Source: Felis catus
Taxonomy: Eukaryota
Assembly: GCF_018350175.1 (NCBI RefSeq)
Contig: NC_058368.1
Location: forward strand, 211,794,001 to 211,858,000
Length of the DNA: 64,000 bases
Direction: 5' to 3'
Notes under the pieces: generated by a model
The model's database searches: none
What the model saw: the letters and a program-made list of their open reading frames with translations, nothing else
What the model was told of the DNA's origin: nothing
Shown: positions 40,117 to 50,960 of the stretch, in pieces
How positions within the stretch are numbered: position 1 is the stretch's first letter
How the letters are laid out: each line of letters begins with the position of its first letter
Program-made: the position numbers and the translations under genes

Positions 40117-40737
40117 TTTATTTATTTTTTTATATATTTTTAAGTTTATTTATTGAGAGAGGGAAAGCGAACAGGGGAGAGGCAGAGAGAGGGGGGAATC
40201 CCAAGCAGGCTCCACACTGTCAGTGCAGAGCTTTACATAGAGCTTGAACTCACAAACCATGAGATCATGACCAGAGCTGAAATCAAGAGTCAGAGGCTCA
40301 ACTGACTGAGCCACCCAGTTACCCGCCTCAAGAGTTTAGATCTGAACACTGTAAATTGGATTTGTCATTGGTGACCTTTTGCAAAAGCCATTTCCATGGC
40401 CCTTATCTTGGGTGCTTGGCTTATGCTTCCTTCTCACAGGCTAAACCCTGTGCTATTTCTCTTCCTTCTGATACTTTTATCAGGATACATTTGCATATCC
40501 TTTGTGTCCATCTCTAAAGTGTGGTGTGTGATTGATCTTTTTTTTCTTTTAATATTTATCTGAGAGAGAGAGAGAGAGAACGAGCAGGGAAGGGGCAGAG
40601 AGAGAGGGAAACAGGATCCAAAGCAGGCTCTGCACTGACAGCAGAGAGTCCGATATGGGGCTCAAACTCAGGAACTGTGAACTCCTCACCTAAGCTGAAG
40701 TTGGACACTTAACCCACTGAGCTACCTAGGCGCCCCT
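40117..40737 (-). mobile_element. Two CanSINEs (about 40117-40326 and 40538-40737)
   Basis: Bodies and T-tails. Confidence 0.85.
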
Positions 40738-41354
40738 GTGACATACTATTTGGTATGTCAGCTGTCAGAGCCATAAAATCAGGTGTGTGTGAGATTTCAA
40801 GTTTAAAGGGAAAGTTGGGATGTCTCCAAGGATATAGCCAGTAACTGTGAGAAACTCCATGGACCCCCAATTCCAGCTATTTGATATGAGGGTGCTTTGC
40901 TGGCCTTCTCCTTGGGGTTCGAGAATCATTAGGATCATAAAGCCGTGAGGGTAGGGAGGTAGTCTTCTCTGGAGAGCCACATGCATCCAGCCTTGTGACA
41001 ATTATACCTGGAGATGTGAATCCATTCCTGTTATTTCAGAACTCAGTGGGAAGTTGGCATTCCCAAACTAGTTTGTCTGGACTCAGAAAACCTGTATATC
41101 TGCTGCTCATATTTTATGTTAATTGTGTAACTTTCTAGTGATTGTTAAGGTATATTAAATATTCAGATATAGTTTTCTTTGGCTTGGAGTCAAGCTAGAG
41201 TATGCTAAATTTAACTGTAATGTGGTTTACCTTTAAAATGTGATAGTTTCCTATTACCTATGTGTATGTGTTTATAGGTATTGAGACCAAAAGAAAGATT
41301 TTTTCAAAACCTCTTTGCTTTATTTTTAACTTTTTATGCTGACAGTTAAAAACA

Positions 41355-41573
41355 ATTTTTTTTTTACATTTATTTATTTTTGAGAAACAGAGTGAGACAA
41401 AGCATGAGCCGGGGAGGGGCAGAGAGAGAAGGAGACACAGAATCTGAAGCAGGCTCCAGGCTCTGAGCAAGCGGTCAGCACAGAGCCCAATGCGGGGCTT
41501 GAACCCACAAACTGTGAGATGATGACCTGAGCCAAAGTCAGAGGCTCAACTGACTGAGCCACCCAGGTGCCCC
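41355..41573 (-). mobile_element. CanSINE
   Basis: Body and T-tail. Confidence 0.9.
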
Positions 41574-41731
41574 TATCCTGAAAGTTTTTAATGTATATAA
41601 TTATGGAGAGAATATATAATGAACTTCCGTGTACCCTCACTTGGCTTCAAACATTATCAACATTTGGCAGTCTTACTTGAAAAGAACAACAAAAGTAGTT
41701 CCTTCTAAGTCTTTTCTGAACTGTATTTTCT

Positions 41732-43769
41732 TTTTTTTTTATTTTTATTTTTTATTTTTTTATTATTATTTTTTTTTATGAAATTTATTGACAAATTGGT
41801 TTCCATACAACACCCAGTGCTCATCCCAAAAGGTGCCCTCCTCAATACCCATCACCCACCCTCTCCTCCCTCCCACCCCCCATCAACCCTCAGTTTGTTC
41901 TCAGTTTTTAAGAGTCTCTTATGCTTTGGCTCTCTCCCACTCTAACCTGTTTTTTTTTTTTCTTCCCCTCCCCCATGGGTTCCTGTTAAGTTTCTCAGGG
42001 TCCACATAAGAGTGAAACCATATGGTATCTGTCTTTCTCTGTATGGCTTATTTCACTTAGCATCACACTCTCCAGTTCCATCCACGTTGCTACAAAAGGC
42101 CATATTTCATTTTTTCTCATTGCCACGTAATATTCCATTGTGTATATAAACCACAATTTCTTTATCCATTCATCAGTTGATGGACATTTAGGCTCTTTCC
42201 ATAATTTGGCTGTTGTTGAGAGTGCTGCTATGAACATTGGGGTACAAGTGGCCCTATGCATCAGGACTCCTGTATCCCTTGGATAAATTCCTAGCAGTGC
42301 TATTGCTGGGTCATAGGGTAGGTCTATTTTTAATTTTCTGAGGAACCTCCACACTGCTTTCCAGAGCGGCTGCACCAATTTGCATTCCCACCAACAGTGC
42401 AAGAGGGTTCCCGTTTCTCCACATCCTCTCCAGCATCTAGAGTCTCCTGATTTGTTCATTTTGGCCACTCTGACTGGCGTGAGGTGATACCTGAGTGTGG
42501 TTTTGATTTGTATTTCCCTGATAAGGAGCGACGCTGAACATCTTTTCGTGTGCCTGTTGGCCATCCAGATGTCTTCTTTAGAGAAGTGTCTATTCATGTT
42601 TTCTGCCCATTTCTTCACTGGGTTATTTGTTTTTCGGGTGTGGAGTTTGGTGAGCTCTTTATAGATTTTGGATACAAGCCCTTTGTCCGATATGTCATTT
42701 GCGAATATCTTTTCCCATTCCGTTGGTTGCCTTTTAGTTTTGTTGGTTGTTTCCTTTGCTGTGCAGAAGCTTTTTATCTTCATAAGGTCCCAGTAATTCA
42801 CTTTTGCTTTTAATTCCCTTGCCTTTGGGGATGTGTCGAGTAAGAGATTGCTACGGCTGAGGTCAGAGAGGTCTTTTCCTGCTTTCTCCTCTAAGGTTTT
42901 GATGGTTTCCTGTCTCACATTTAGGTCCTTTATCCATTTTGAGTTTATTTTTGTGAACGGTGTGAGAAAGTGGTCTACTTTCAACCTTCTGCATGTTGCT
43001 GTCCAGTTCTCCCAGCACCATTTGTTAAAGAGGCTGTCTTTTTTCCATTGGATATTCTTTCCTGCTTTGTCAAAGATGAGTTGGCCATACGTTTGTGGGT
43101 CTAGTTCTGGGGTTTCTATTCTATTCCATTGGTCTATGTGTCTGTTTTTGTGCCAATACCATGCTGTCTTGATGATGACAGCTTTGTAGTAGAGGCTAAA
43201 GTCTGGGATTGTGATGCCTCCTGCTTTGGTCTTCTTCTTCAAAATTCCTTTGGCTATTCGGGGCCTTTTGTGGTTCCATATGAATTGTAGGATTGCTTGT
43301 TCTAGTTTCGAGAAGAATGCTGGTGCAATTTTGATTGGGATTGCATTGAATGTGTAGATAGCTTTGGGTAGTATTGACATTTTGACAATATTTATTTTTC
43401 CAGTCCATGAGCAGGGAATGTCTTTCCATTTCTTTAAATCTTCTTCAATTTCCTTCATAAGCTTTCTATAGTTTTCAGCATACAGATCCTTTACATCTTT
43501 GGTTAGATTTATTCCTAGGTATTTTATGCTTCTTGGTGCAATTGTGAATGGGATCAGTTTCTTTATTTGTCTTTCTGTTGCTTCATTGTTAGTGTATAAG
43601 AATGCAACTGATTTCTGTACATTGATTTTGTATCCTGCCACTTTGCTGAATTCCTGTATCAGTTCTAGCAGACTTTTGGTGGAGTCTATCGGATTTTCCA
43701 TGTATAATATCATGTCATCTGCAAAAAGCGAAAGCTTGACTTCATCTTTGCCAATTTTGATGCCTTTGA
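41732..43769 (-). mobile_element. Young 5'-truncated LINE-1 (C-terminal ORF2, 3' UTR, poly(A))
   Basis: Uninterrupted ORF2 frame of about 590 aa from just before [11 protein letters not shown] through the Cys-rich C-terminus; perfect 15-bp TSD tgaactgtattttct (41717-41731, 43770-43784). Confidence 0.97.
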
Positions 43770-44001
43770 TGAACTGTATTTTCTGAACTGAATAGTGGAG
43801 AAACCCTCTATCATAAACCTGTTCTAACACACCTTCTTGAAATATCAAGAATATCAAGAAGTTGTGTAATTAGCGAAGTACAGGAAGACTCTAAGAAACA
43901 TTGTTACACAAATGTTAAAAAAAAAAAACTAGGTGGAAATTAATTGTTGTTTTATAGTTTAAATGTCTGGATTCATATTGTATACTGTTTCTTTTCCAAA
44001 G

Positions 44002-44188
44002 GTGGAAGGAACGGCATACCTAAGTTCTTTTCTGTGGAAATCTCAACAAGTAGGACTGTGGGAACGACCTCGAGGACAGAACATGCTAGATGGTGGAGCA
44101 CCTTTCTACACAACCTACAAGACAGCAGATGGGGGCTTCATGGCTGTTGGAGCAATAGAACCCCAGTTCTACAAGCTGCTAATCGAAG
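44002..44188 (+). CDS. AMACR: AMACR coding exon 4
   Basis: tttccaaag|[69 protein letters not shown]|gtaagt; 187 nt. Confidence 0.97.
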
Positions 44189-45273
44189 GTAAGTAATATT
44201 CCTGTACCTCTCCCGCTCCCTCCCCTTTTCTTGTGGGTGTTCTTTAACCTCGATTTTAGGCCTTTTAAATTCATTATGTCTTTTATTATATATCCACTTT
44301 ATGATTATAATTATAATTATATTGTGGGGCATTTCCCTTATGTTTAAATTTACAGATACTTTCATAAGTCTATAAAATAGCTCAGAGTTTTAAAAAATAA
44401 TCCATTTTATGCGAGTTCAATTTTTTGTTACATTTCATACTCAGCAGTGTTAGATATTTATGTTCCCTTGCGTGCCCCTGTCTTATTCTCAGAAATGATG
44501 TGCTGGTTCTGCCAGTTCTTATTCCTTGATAGATGCCCCCATGGGGTGCCAGAGCACAGAGTGACTTCGGTGAATAAGATTCTGTTGGAATATGTTATTA
44601 TCACTTGATGCTTCTACAGTTTACCTTTCTTGCAGATTCTTGTCTCATTTGCATGTGGCCACAAGTTAGCAGGAGAATTTGCGATCTCTTCTTCTCTAAT
44701 TAAACAATCAGACTAACATTTTGTTCCTGTAACATATTTGAATTTGAAGTTTACTTTACAGGTAAATGAATAGCTAAGAAGTTTTAGAATATACATTGAA
44801 GAGGTATGACAAGCTGGTCATGGTGTGTCTGTCTTTTCAACTTCACGGTTGGAGTCTCATTATGTTTCGTAGCTTTTCAGATGCAATATACTACTCAAAG
44901 TTGTTTGCATATAGCTGAAATCATTGTTTTTTTGCTAGCATCAGAAAGCGTTTTATGATCAACAATATTAACTTCACTACCTTAAATATAGTTGGAAAAA
45001 CAAACAAGATGGTTTATGTAGATCATAAAAGTCTTTCTGTTCCAAAATTAAAACTAAGAATGGAAGGTATTAATTCAAAATTAGGGACAGAACAATGCTA
45101 TATGAGGGGCTGAACACAGAGGGATCAACACCCTTACCTCAGTGGTGCAGGGCCTTGGAAGGCAGGAGGGATATAGCAAGGTGAAGTTTGTCCCTGACAT
45201 AAATCTTGTATATTTATGCATTGTCTATAGAGAATTTAAACGTAATAATAAAATTGACTAAAATTCAGTCCGT

Positions 45274-45463
45274 TTTTGTTTTTGTTTTTTTAGACAGAGT
45301 GTGAGTGGGGAAGAGGGGCAGAAGGGGAGAGGGAGAGAGAATCTTAAGCAGGCTGCGTGTTCAGCACAAAGCCCAACACAGGGCACAATCCATGCCCCTA
45401 GGATCATGACCTAAGCCAAAATCAAGAGTCGACACTCAACGGACTGAGCCACCCAGGTGCCCA
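45274..45463 (-). mobile_element. CanSINE
   Basis: Body and T-tail. Confidence 0.8.
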
Positions 45464-45544
45464 TCAGTCAGCCTTTTGTCATCATCATTCACAGACAATT
45501 CTAAATGACAATGGTAAAATAAACTCATTGAAAAAATTTTGTTA

Positions 45545-45760
45545 GGCTCAGCTGAGTGGCTCAGCTGGTTAAGCATCTGACTTTATCTCAGGTCATGATC
45601 TCATGGTTTGTGAGTTCGAACCCCTTGTCAGGCTCTGTGCTGACAGCTTGGAGCCTGGAGCCTGCTTCAGATTCTGTGTCTTCCTCTCTCTCTGGCCCTC
45701 CCCAGCTTGCGCTCAGTCTCTTTCTCGCTCAAAAATAAATCAATAGAAAAAGAAAAAAAA
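45545..45760 (+). mobile_element. CanSINE
   Basis: Body and A-tail. Confidence 0.85.
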
Positions 45761-45909
45761 ATGTTAGTTTGAGTTCTAAACAATTGCTACAGCTGTTGTT
45801 GAGTTCTAATAACATATGTAAGATCTATTAGCACATTTTTATACTTAGCCTTTAGTAAATATTACATAGAAATTATTCAGAGAACTCCCAATTTTACGGT
45901 CTCACTCCC

Positions 45910-47055
45910 GTGTTTTCTTTTAAAATTTGTATAGTTTCAACACCCACATTTAGGTCTCTGTTAAATTATGATTAATTTTTTTTGTATGGGGTGAGGTAGG
46001 GGTCCAACTTCATAGTTTTGCATATGGCTATCCTGTTTTCCCAGCACTGTTTGTCAAAAAGACTATTCTTTCTCCATTGAATGGTTTCGGCGTCTTTGTT
46101 GAAAATCAGTTGGCCATAATTGTAAGGGTTTACTTTTGGACTCAGTTCTCTTCCATTGATATACATGTCTACCCTTATGTCAGTACCACACTGTGTTGAT
46201 CATTGTAGCTTTGTAGTAGGTTTGAAATTAGGAAGTGTGAGTCTTCCAATTTTGTTCTTTTTTAAGATTGACTATTCGGGGTCCCTTCCATTTCCATATG
46301 TATTGTTTTTAATGCTTATTATTATTGAGAGAGAGACAGAGTGTGAGTCAGGGAAGGGTAGAGAGAGAGGGAGACACAGAATCTGAAGCAGGCTCCAGGC
46401 TCTGAGCAATCTGCACAGAGCCTGTCACGGGGCTTGAACCCATGAACCACGAGATTATGACATGAAATGAAGTTGGACGCCCAACCGACTGAGCCACCCA
46501 GGGGCCCCTCCATATGTATTTTAGAATCATCTTGCCAATTTCTGCAAAAAGGCAGCTGGGATTTTGATAAGGGTTGTGCTGAATTGTGCATCAGTCTGGG
46601 GAGTATTGCCATCTTACCAGTATTAAGCCTTAATACCCATGAACATATATGATGCTTTTCATTTATAGAGGTCTAGAATTTTTTCAATGATACTTTGTAA
46701 TTTTCAGTGCACACACCTACACTTATTATGCTAAATTTATAGAAGAATTTTATTATTTTTGATGCAATTGTAAATGGTATATTTTTGTATTGTTCATTAT
46801 TAGTGTATAGAAATACATAGTAAGTAGTTACTTTTGTATATTGATCTTATTTCCTGCAACCTCACTGAGCTCATTTTTCTTCTAAGTGTGGATCTCTGAG
46901 TTTATCTTGCTTGATTTCCTTGAGATTCTTGGATGTGCAAGTAATTTGTTTTTCATCAAATTTGGGAATTTTTCAGACATTTTTTCTTCTAGGATTTTCT
47001 CTGCCTTTTTCTGTCTCTCTTCTTGTGAGACTCCCTTAATGCATATGTTGGTATT
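45910..47055 (-). mobile_element. Ancient L1M fragment, left of the SET retrocopy
   Basis: ORF2-like [12 protein letters not shown]...[14 protein letters not shown] and ORF1-like EKILEEKMSEKFPNLMK. Confidence 0.75.
46300..46508 (-). mobile_element. CanSINE inside L1M
   Basis: Body; TSD tccatatgtatt. Confidence 0.88.
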
Positions 47056-47136
47056 TGTGTGTGTGTGGGTACACATTTAGCTTTCTTGTAACAAAACAGC
47101 TTGTGGACTTTACCATTTAAAATTGAGCATCATCTT

Positions 47137-47353
47137 GGGGCACCTGGGTGGCGCAGTCGGTTAAGCGTCCGACTTCGCCAGGTCACGATCTCGCGATCCG
47201 TGAGTTCGAGCCCCGCGTCAGGCTCTGGGCTGATGGCTCGGAGCCTGGAGCCTGTTTCCGATTCTGTGTCTCCCTCTCTCTCTGCCCCTCCCCCGTTCAT
47301 GCTCTGTCTCTCTCTGTCCCAGAAATAAACGTTGAAAAAAAAAAATTAAAAAA
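47137..47353 (+). mobile_element. Young CanSINE inside the SET retrocopy 3' UTR
   Basis: CpG-rich; TSD aaaattgagcatcatctt (47119-47136, 47354-47371). Confidence 0.93.
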
Positions 47354-47418
47354 AAAATTGAGCATCATCTTTCCTTTCCAGTGAAACAGAAAGAAATATT
47401 AAAAATAAACGGGAACAT

Positions 47419-47630
47419 GGGGCGCCTGGGTGGCGCAGTCGGTTAAGCGTTTGACTTCAGCCAGGTCACGATCTCGCGGTCGTGAGTTCGAGCCCTGCGT
47501 CGGGCTCTGGGCTGATAGCTCAGAGCCTAGAGCCTGTTTCCGATTCTGTGTCTCCCTCTCTCTCTGCCCTTCCCCTGTTCATGCTCTGTCTCTCTCTGTC
47601 CCAAAAATAAATAAACGTTGAAAAAAAAAT
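47419..47630 (+). mobile_element. Young CanSINE inside the SET retrocopy 3' UTR
   Basis: CpG-rich; TSD ttaaaaataaacgggaaca (47399-47417, 47631-47649). Confidence 0.93.
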
Positions 47631-49279
47631 TTAAAAATAAACGGGAACAAAATTACAATAGACAATGTCAATTTCAGATAAGATCCTACAGGTTCTTCTG
47701 ATTCTCCCCTCAAGTGGCAGGGCTCAAGTTATCATTAGGAGAGAATTTTATTTTAAAAATGTCATCTAAAACTGCAAAGATGTCCATTAAGCATCATAAT
47801 TAAACATGCCAGCGGAGAAGCCATGTTGTCAAAAGGCTCACCCAAACATCTCAGACTCACCCTTTGCTGACCGTCTATAACCCCATTTTTTAAATTTCTT
47901 TTTTCTTTTTTTTAAACAGGAGAAAGTAGGCAGATAAATGTTGGTAAATGCTAACCTTCCATATTCATATACAGACACAGAGTAATCTCTGAGCCCAATA
48001 GAAAGAGAAAGGAGGGAGAAAGCTAGAATTCTATGTACTACTACACAGGGGCCTACCACCTTCCAGCTTCCAGCAGAGCTAAGGGAGTAGAAAATTTTTC
48101 TTTTTTCCCACTTAGCACAGTAGCATTGATTCCATTAAGTTTTTGTTGGGACAGGAAGGGATAAAAATTGAATGTTGAAGAGAAAGGGGTAGAGATTCTT
48201 TTCCCACTGTATTCTGCTCATGGTATTTCCCCCCCAAATAAGTTGAAAACCATGGTGTAATGGGAGAGAAAAGAGACTTCAAAAAAACAGGAGAAATGAG
48301 CTAAGGTAGGGGTGGGGGGAAGGACTGCAACTTGCTCCCAGGGACTGGAGAAAATCCCAAAAGGAAGGTTGGAACCTGTTAATGTTCCATTAGTCATCTT
48401 CCCCTTCCTGCCCCTCGTCGTCGTCGTCTCCATCACCTTCATCCTCATCTCCTTATTCATCAGTATCTTCCCGTCTTTCCCCCCCTCCTTCTCCGTTCCC
48501 ATCTTCATCATCCATATTGGGAACCAAGTAGTACTTGAATGAATTTGATCAAATATCCTCTTTGATGACATCTCCTAACTCATCTGCACCTGCATCAGAA
48601 TGGTCAGGAAACCAGGTGTAGAAGCTTTCGGGTTCCTCATGCTGTCTCTTTCCGCTGGCTTTCTTCTGCATTTGACTTGGACATTTCATCAAATCCTTTC
48701 AAGATTTCCATCTGATTTCAGTAGCTTTTGAAGATGGGTCACCACTCTCATTCAGATGAAATTCTTTGGAGAGACCTTTATTTTCAAAGTAAGGGTTTTC
48801 ATCAAAATAAAAATCTATCCTGTAACTTGATTTAATATCTTCAAATGCTGTCACTTCACCTCTTGTCAAGTAATGTAGTGCCTCTTCATCTTCCTTCCCA
48901 AGCAGTGCAGACACTTGTGGGTGGTTGACAAAGGTTGTTACCCCCTTGTGGGGTTTTGGCAGTCGATTCCAACTTCTTCTGAAAAAATGGTTGGCAGAGT
49001 TTCTTATATTTCTGTTCTACTTTCAAAGTCTTCTCACTGGCTTATTCATTAAGTCTGTCTGTTCCATTTTGTACTTCATCAGGATGTTCAGTTGTTGGCT
49101 GTTCTTGTTCTCCCTTTGGCAAGGGTTGAGAGGGTGCTGTCTCCTCTGGCTTGGAGGCAAGAGGCAGTCTCAGTTTCTTCATTTGAGGTGAGAGTGAAGA
49201 CTGGCATTTGGGGGCCATGCTGTGAAGAGAGTCCAGGAAACAAGGGAAGACGCATGTCTGGAAGAAGCTCTGATGACTC

Positions 49280-50960
49280 CATATTTTGGTATTCTTGATG
49301 GTGTCCTACAGGTCTCTGAGGTTCTGTTCATTTTTCTTTGTTCTCTTTTTGTTATTCTCTTTTCTTTCTTTCCTCAGTATACCTCTTTTTGAGTTCGCTG
49401 ATTCTTTCTCTTGTCAGTTCATGTCTGTTGCTGAGTCCTTCTTTTTAAAAAAAAATCTTTTAATGTTTTATTTATGCTTGAGAGAAAGAGAGAGCATGAA
49501 TGAGGAAGGGGCACAGCAAGAGAGGGAGACACAGAATCTGAAACAGGCTCCAGGCTCTGAGCTGTCAGCACAGAGCCCAACCTGGGGCTCAAACTCACGG
49601 ACCGCGAGATTATGACCTGAGCCAAAGTTGGACGCTCAACCATCTGAGCCACCCAGGTGCCCCTTGCTGAGTCCTTCTAATGAAAGTTTTATTTGTTATA
49701 TACTTTTCAATTCCAGAATTTCTATTTGGCTTCTTTTTTAACAATCTAACTCTTTACTGATATTCTCTTTGATTAGACATCATTCTCAAATTTTGTTGAA
49801 TTTTTCAGACATGGTTTCCTTCAGTGCTTTGAATATATTTAAAATAACTAGTTGATTTAAAGTCTTTGTCTAGTAAGTCCAGTATCTGGATTTTTTTCAG
49901 GGACAGTTTCTGTTGATTCCTTTTTGTCTTGTGTAAGGGCCACATTTGCTTTCTTCTTTGCATGTCTCACAAGTTTTGTTGAAATTGGATATTTGAAATA
50001 ATGTAAAATGACCACCTGGGAAATCAGGTCTTCACTTCCCTTCCCTCTCCCCTATCCTGGATTTATTATTGCTGCTATTTGTTTATGTAATGACTTTCTT
50101 GGACTAAATCTGTGTTCTTTGGTATGTGCAGCCACAGAAGTCTGTCTGGTTAGCTTGGTCATCAGGTAATAACTGGATAGAGATGTCTTTAAATGCCTTG
50201 AGCCAATAAATTTCCCATCCTTTTCTGTGTCTTTACTTCTTGCTTGTACAGACTCAGGGTCAGCCAGAGGTGAAAGATTAGGACCTTCTCAGATCTTTCC
50301 TGGGCATACTCATAGCCCTATATATGTGCCTTCTAAATTCCCGGAAATATGTTGGAGCATTTCAAAGCCCCCCATGAACATCCTATTCCCCACTTTTTTT
50401 CTTTTATTTGTCAGCTTCTTTTTATCCCAACAGGGAATGCCACCTCAGATAGCTATGATATTAAATAGTTGTCACTGATTTTTTTTTTTTTTTTTTTTGA
50501 TAAATGTTAACAGTGTTCCAGAAATAAGGCATTGTGAGCTCCAAGTCAGATCAAATAAAGACAAGCCATGAGAATGGAGCCTTTCAGGGAGCTGCTAGAC
50601 AAATGGCAGTTCTTGGGGGATGGGATTTGGGGGAAGCTCTCCACTCATTTCTGTCCTGCTGTGGCTGTTATCCTGCTAGTTGTTTTACAGAGCTGTGACT
50701 GAGAGCCTGTTGGTTTTCATGACTGCCACAGAGCTGGGGAGAGAGGGAGAAATTAGTGCAAGTTACAATACCACAAGGCTTACTGATCTTATGAGATGCA
50801 GTGGTTTTTCCTAAATAAATGCTCTTTGGATTGTTGTAAACTTTTAATTTCCAGAGTTACAAAAAAGTTCATTCTGACAGTTTGTGCCAGGGTTCTGTTG
50901 CTTTTATGCAAGAACAGGTTTCTGAAGGTTCTTGCTCTGCCATTCCAGAAGTTAACTTCC
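49280..50960 (-). mobile_element. Ancient L1M fragment, continuing right of the SET retrocopy
   Basis: L1M-like antisense sequence ttgatggtgtcctacaggtctctgagg... resumes directly after the TSD. Confidence 0.6.
49440..49664 (-). mobile_element. CanSINE
   Basis: Body; TSD ttgctgagtccttct. Confidence 0.9.

Larger units (their letters stand above)
47056..49279 (-). pseudogene. SET: Processed pseudogene of SET (TAF-Ialpha isoform) with 5' UTR, CDS (49218..48390) and part of the 3' UTR
   Basis: Intronless minus-strand [15 protein letters not shown]...[45 protein letters not shown]...acidic tail EDD-TAA; premature stops at 49044-49042 and about 48700; 14-bp TSD catatgttggtatt (47042-47055) / catattttggtatt (49280-49293). 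Confidence 0.93.

Noticed and set aside
41995..43857. 620-aa ORF as a novel or domesticated reverse-transcriptase gene
   Set aside because: It is truncated L1 ORF2. The first 29 or so codons are flanking DNA and TSD from a TTG start, and the endonuclease and most RT motifs are missing
48218..49298. ORF fragments as a functional SET retrogene
   Set aside because: In-frame stops (49044-49042, about 48700) and substitutions in conserved residues
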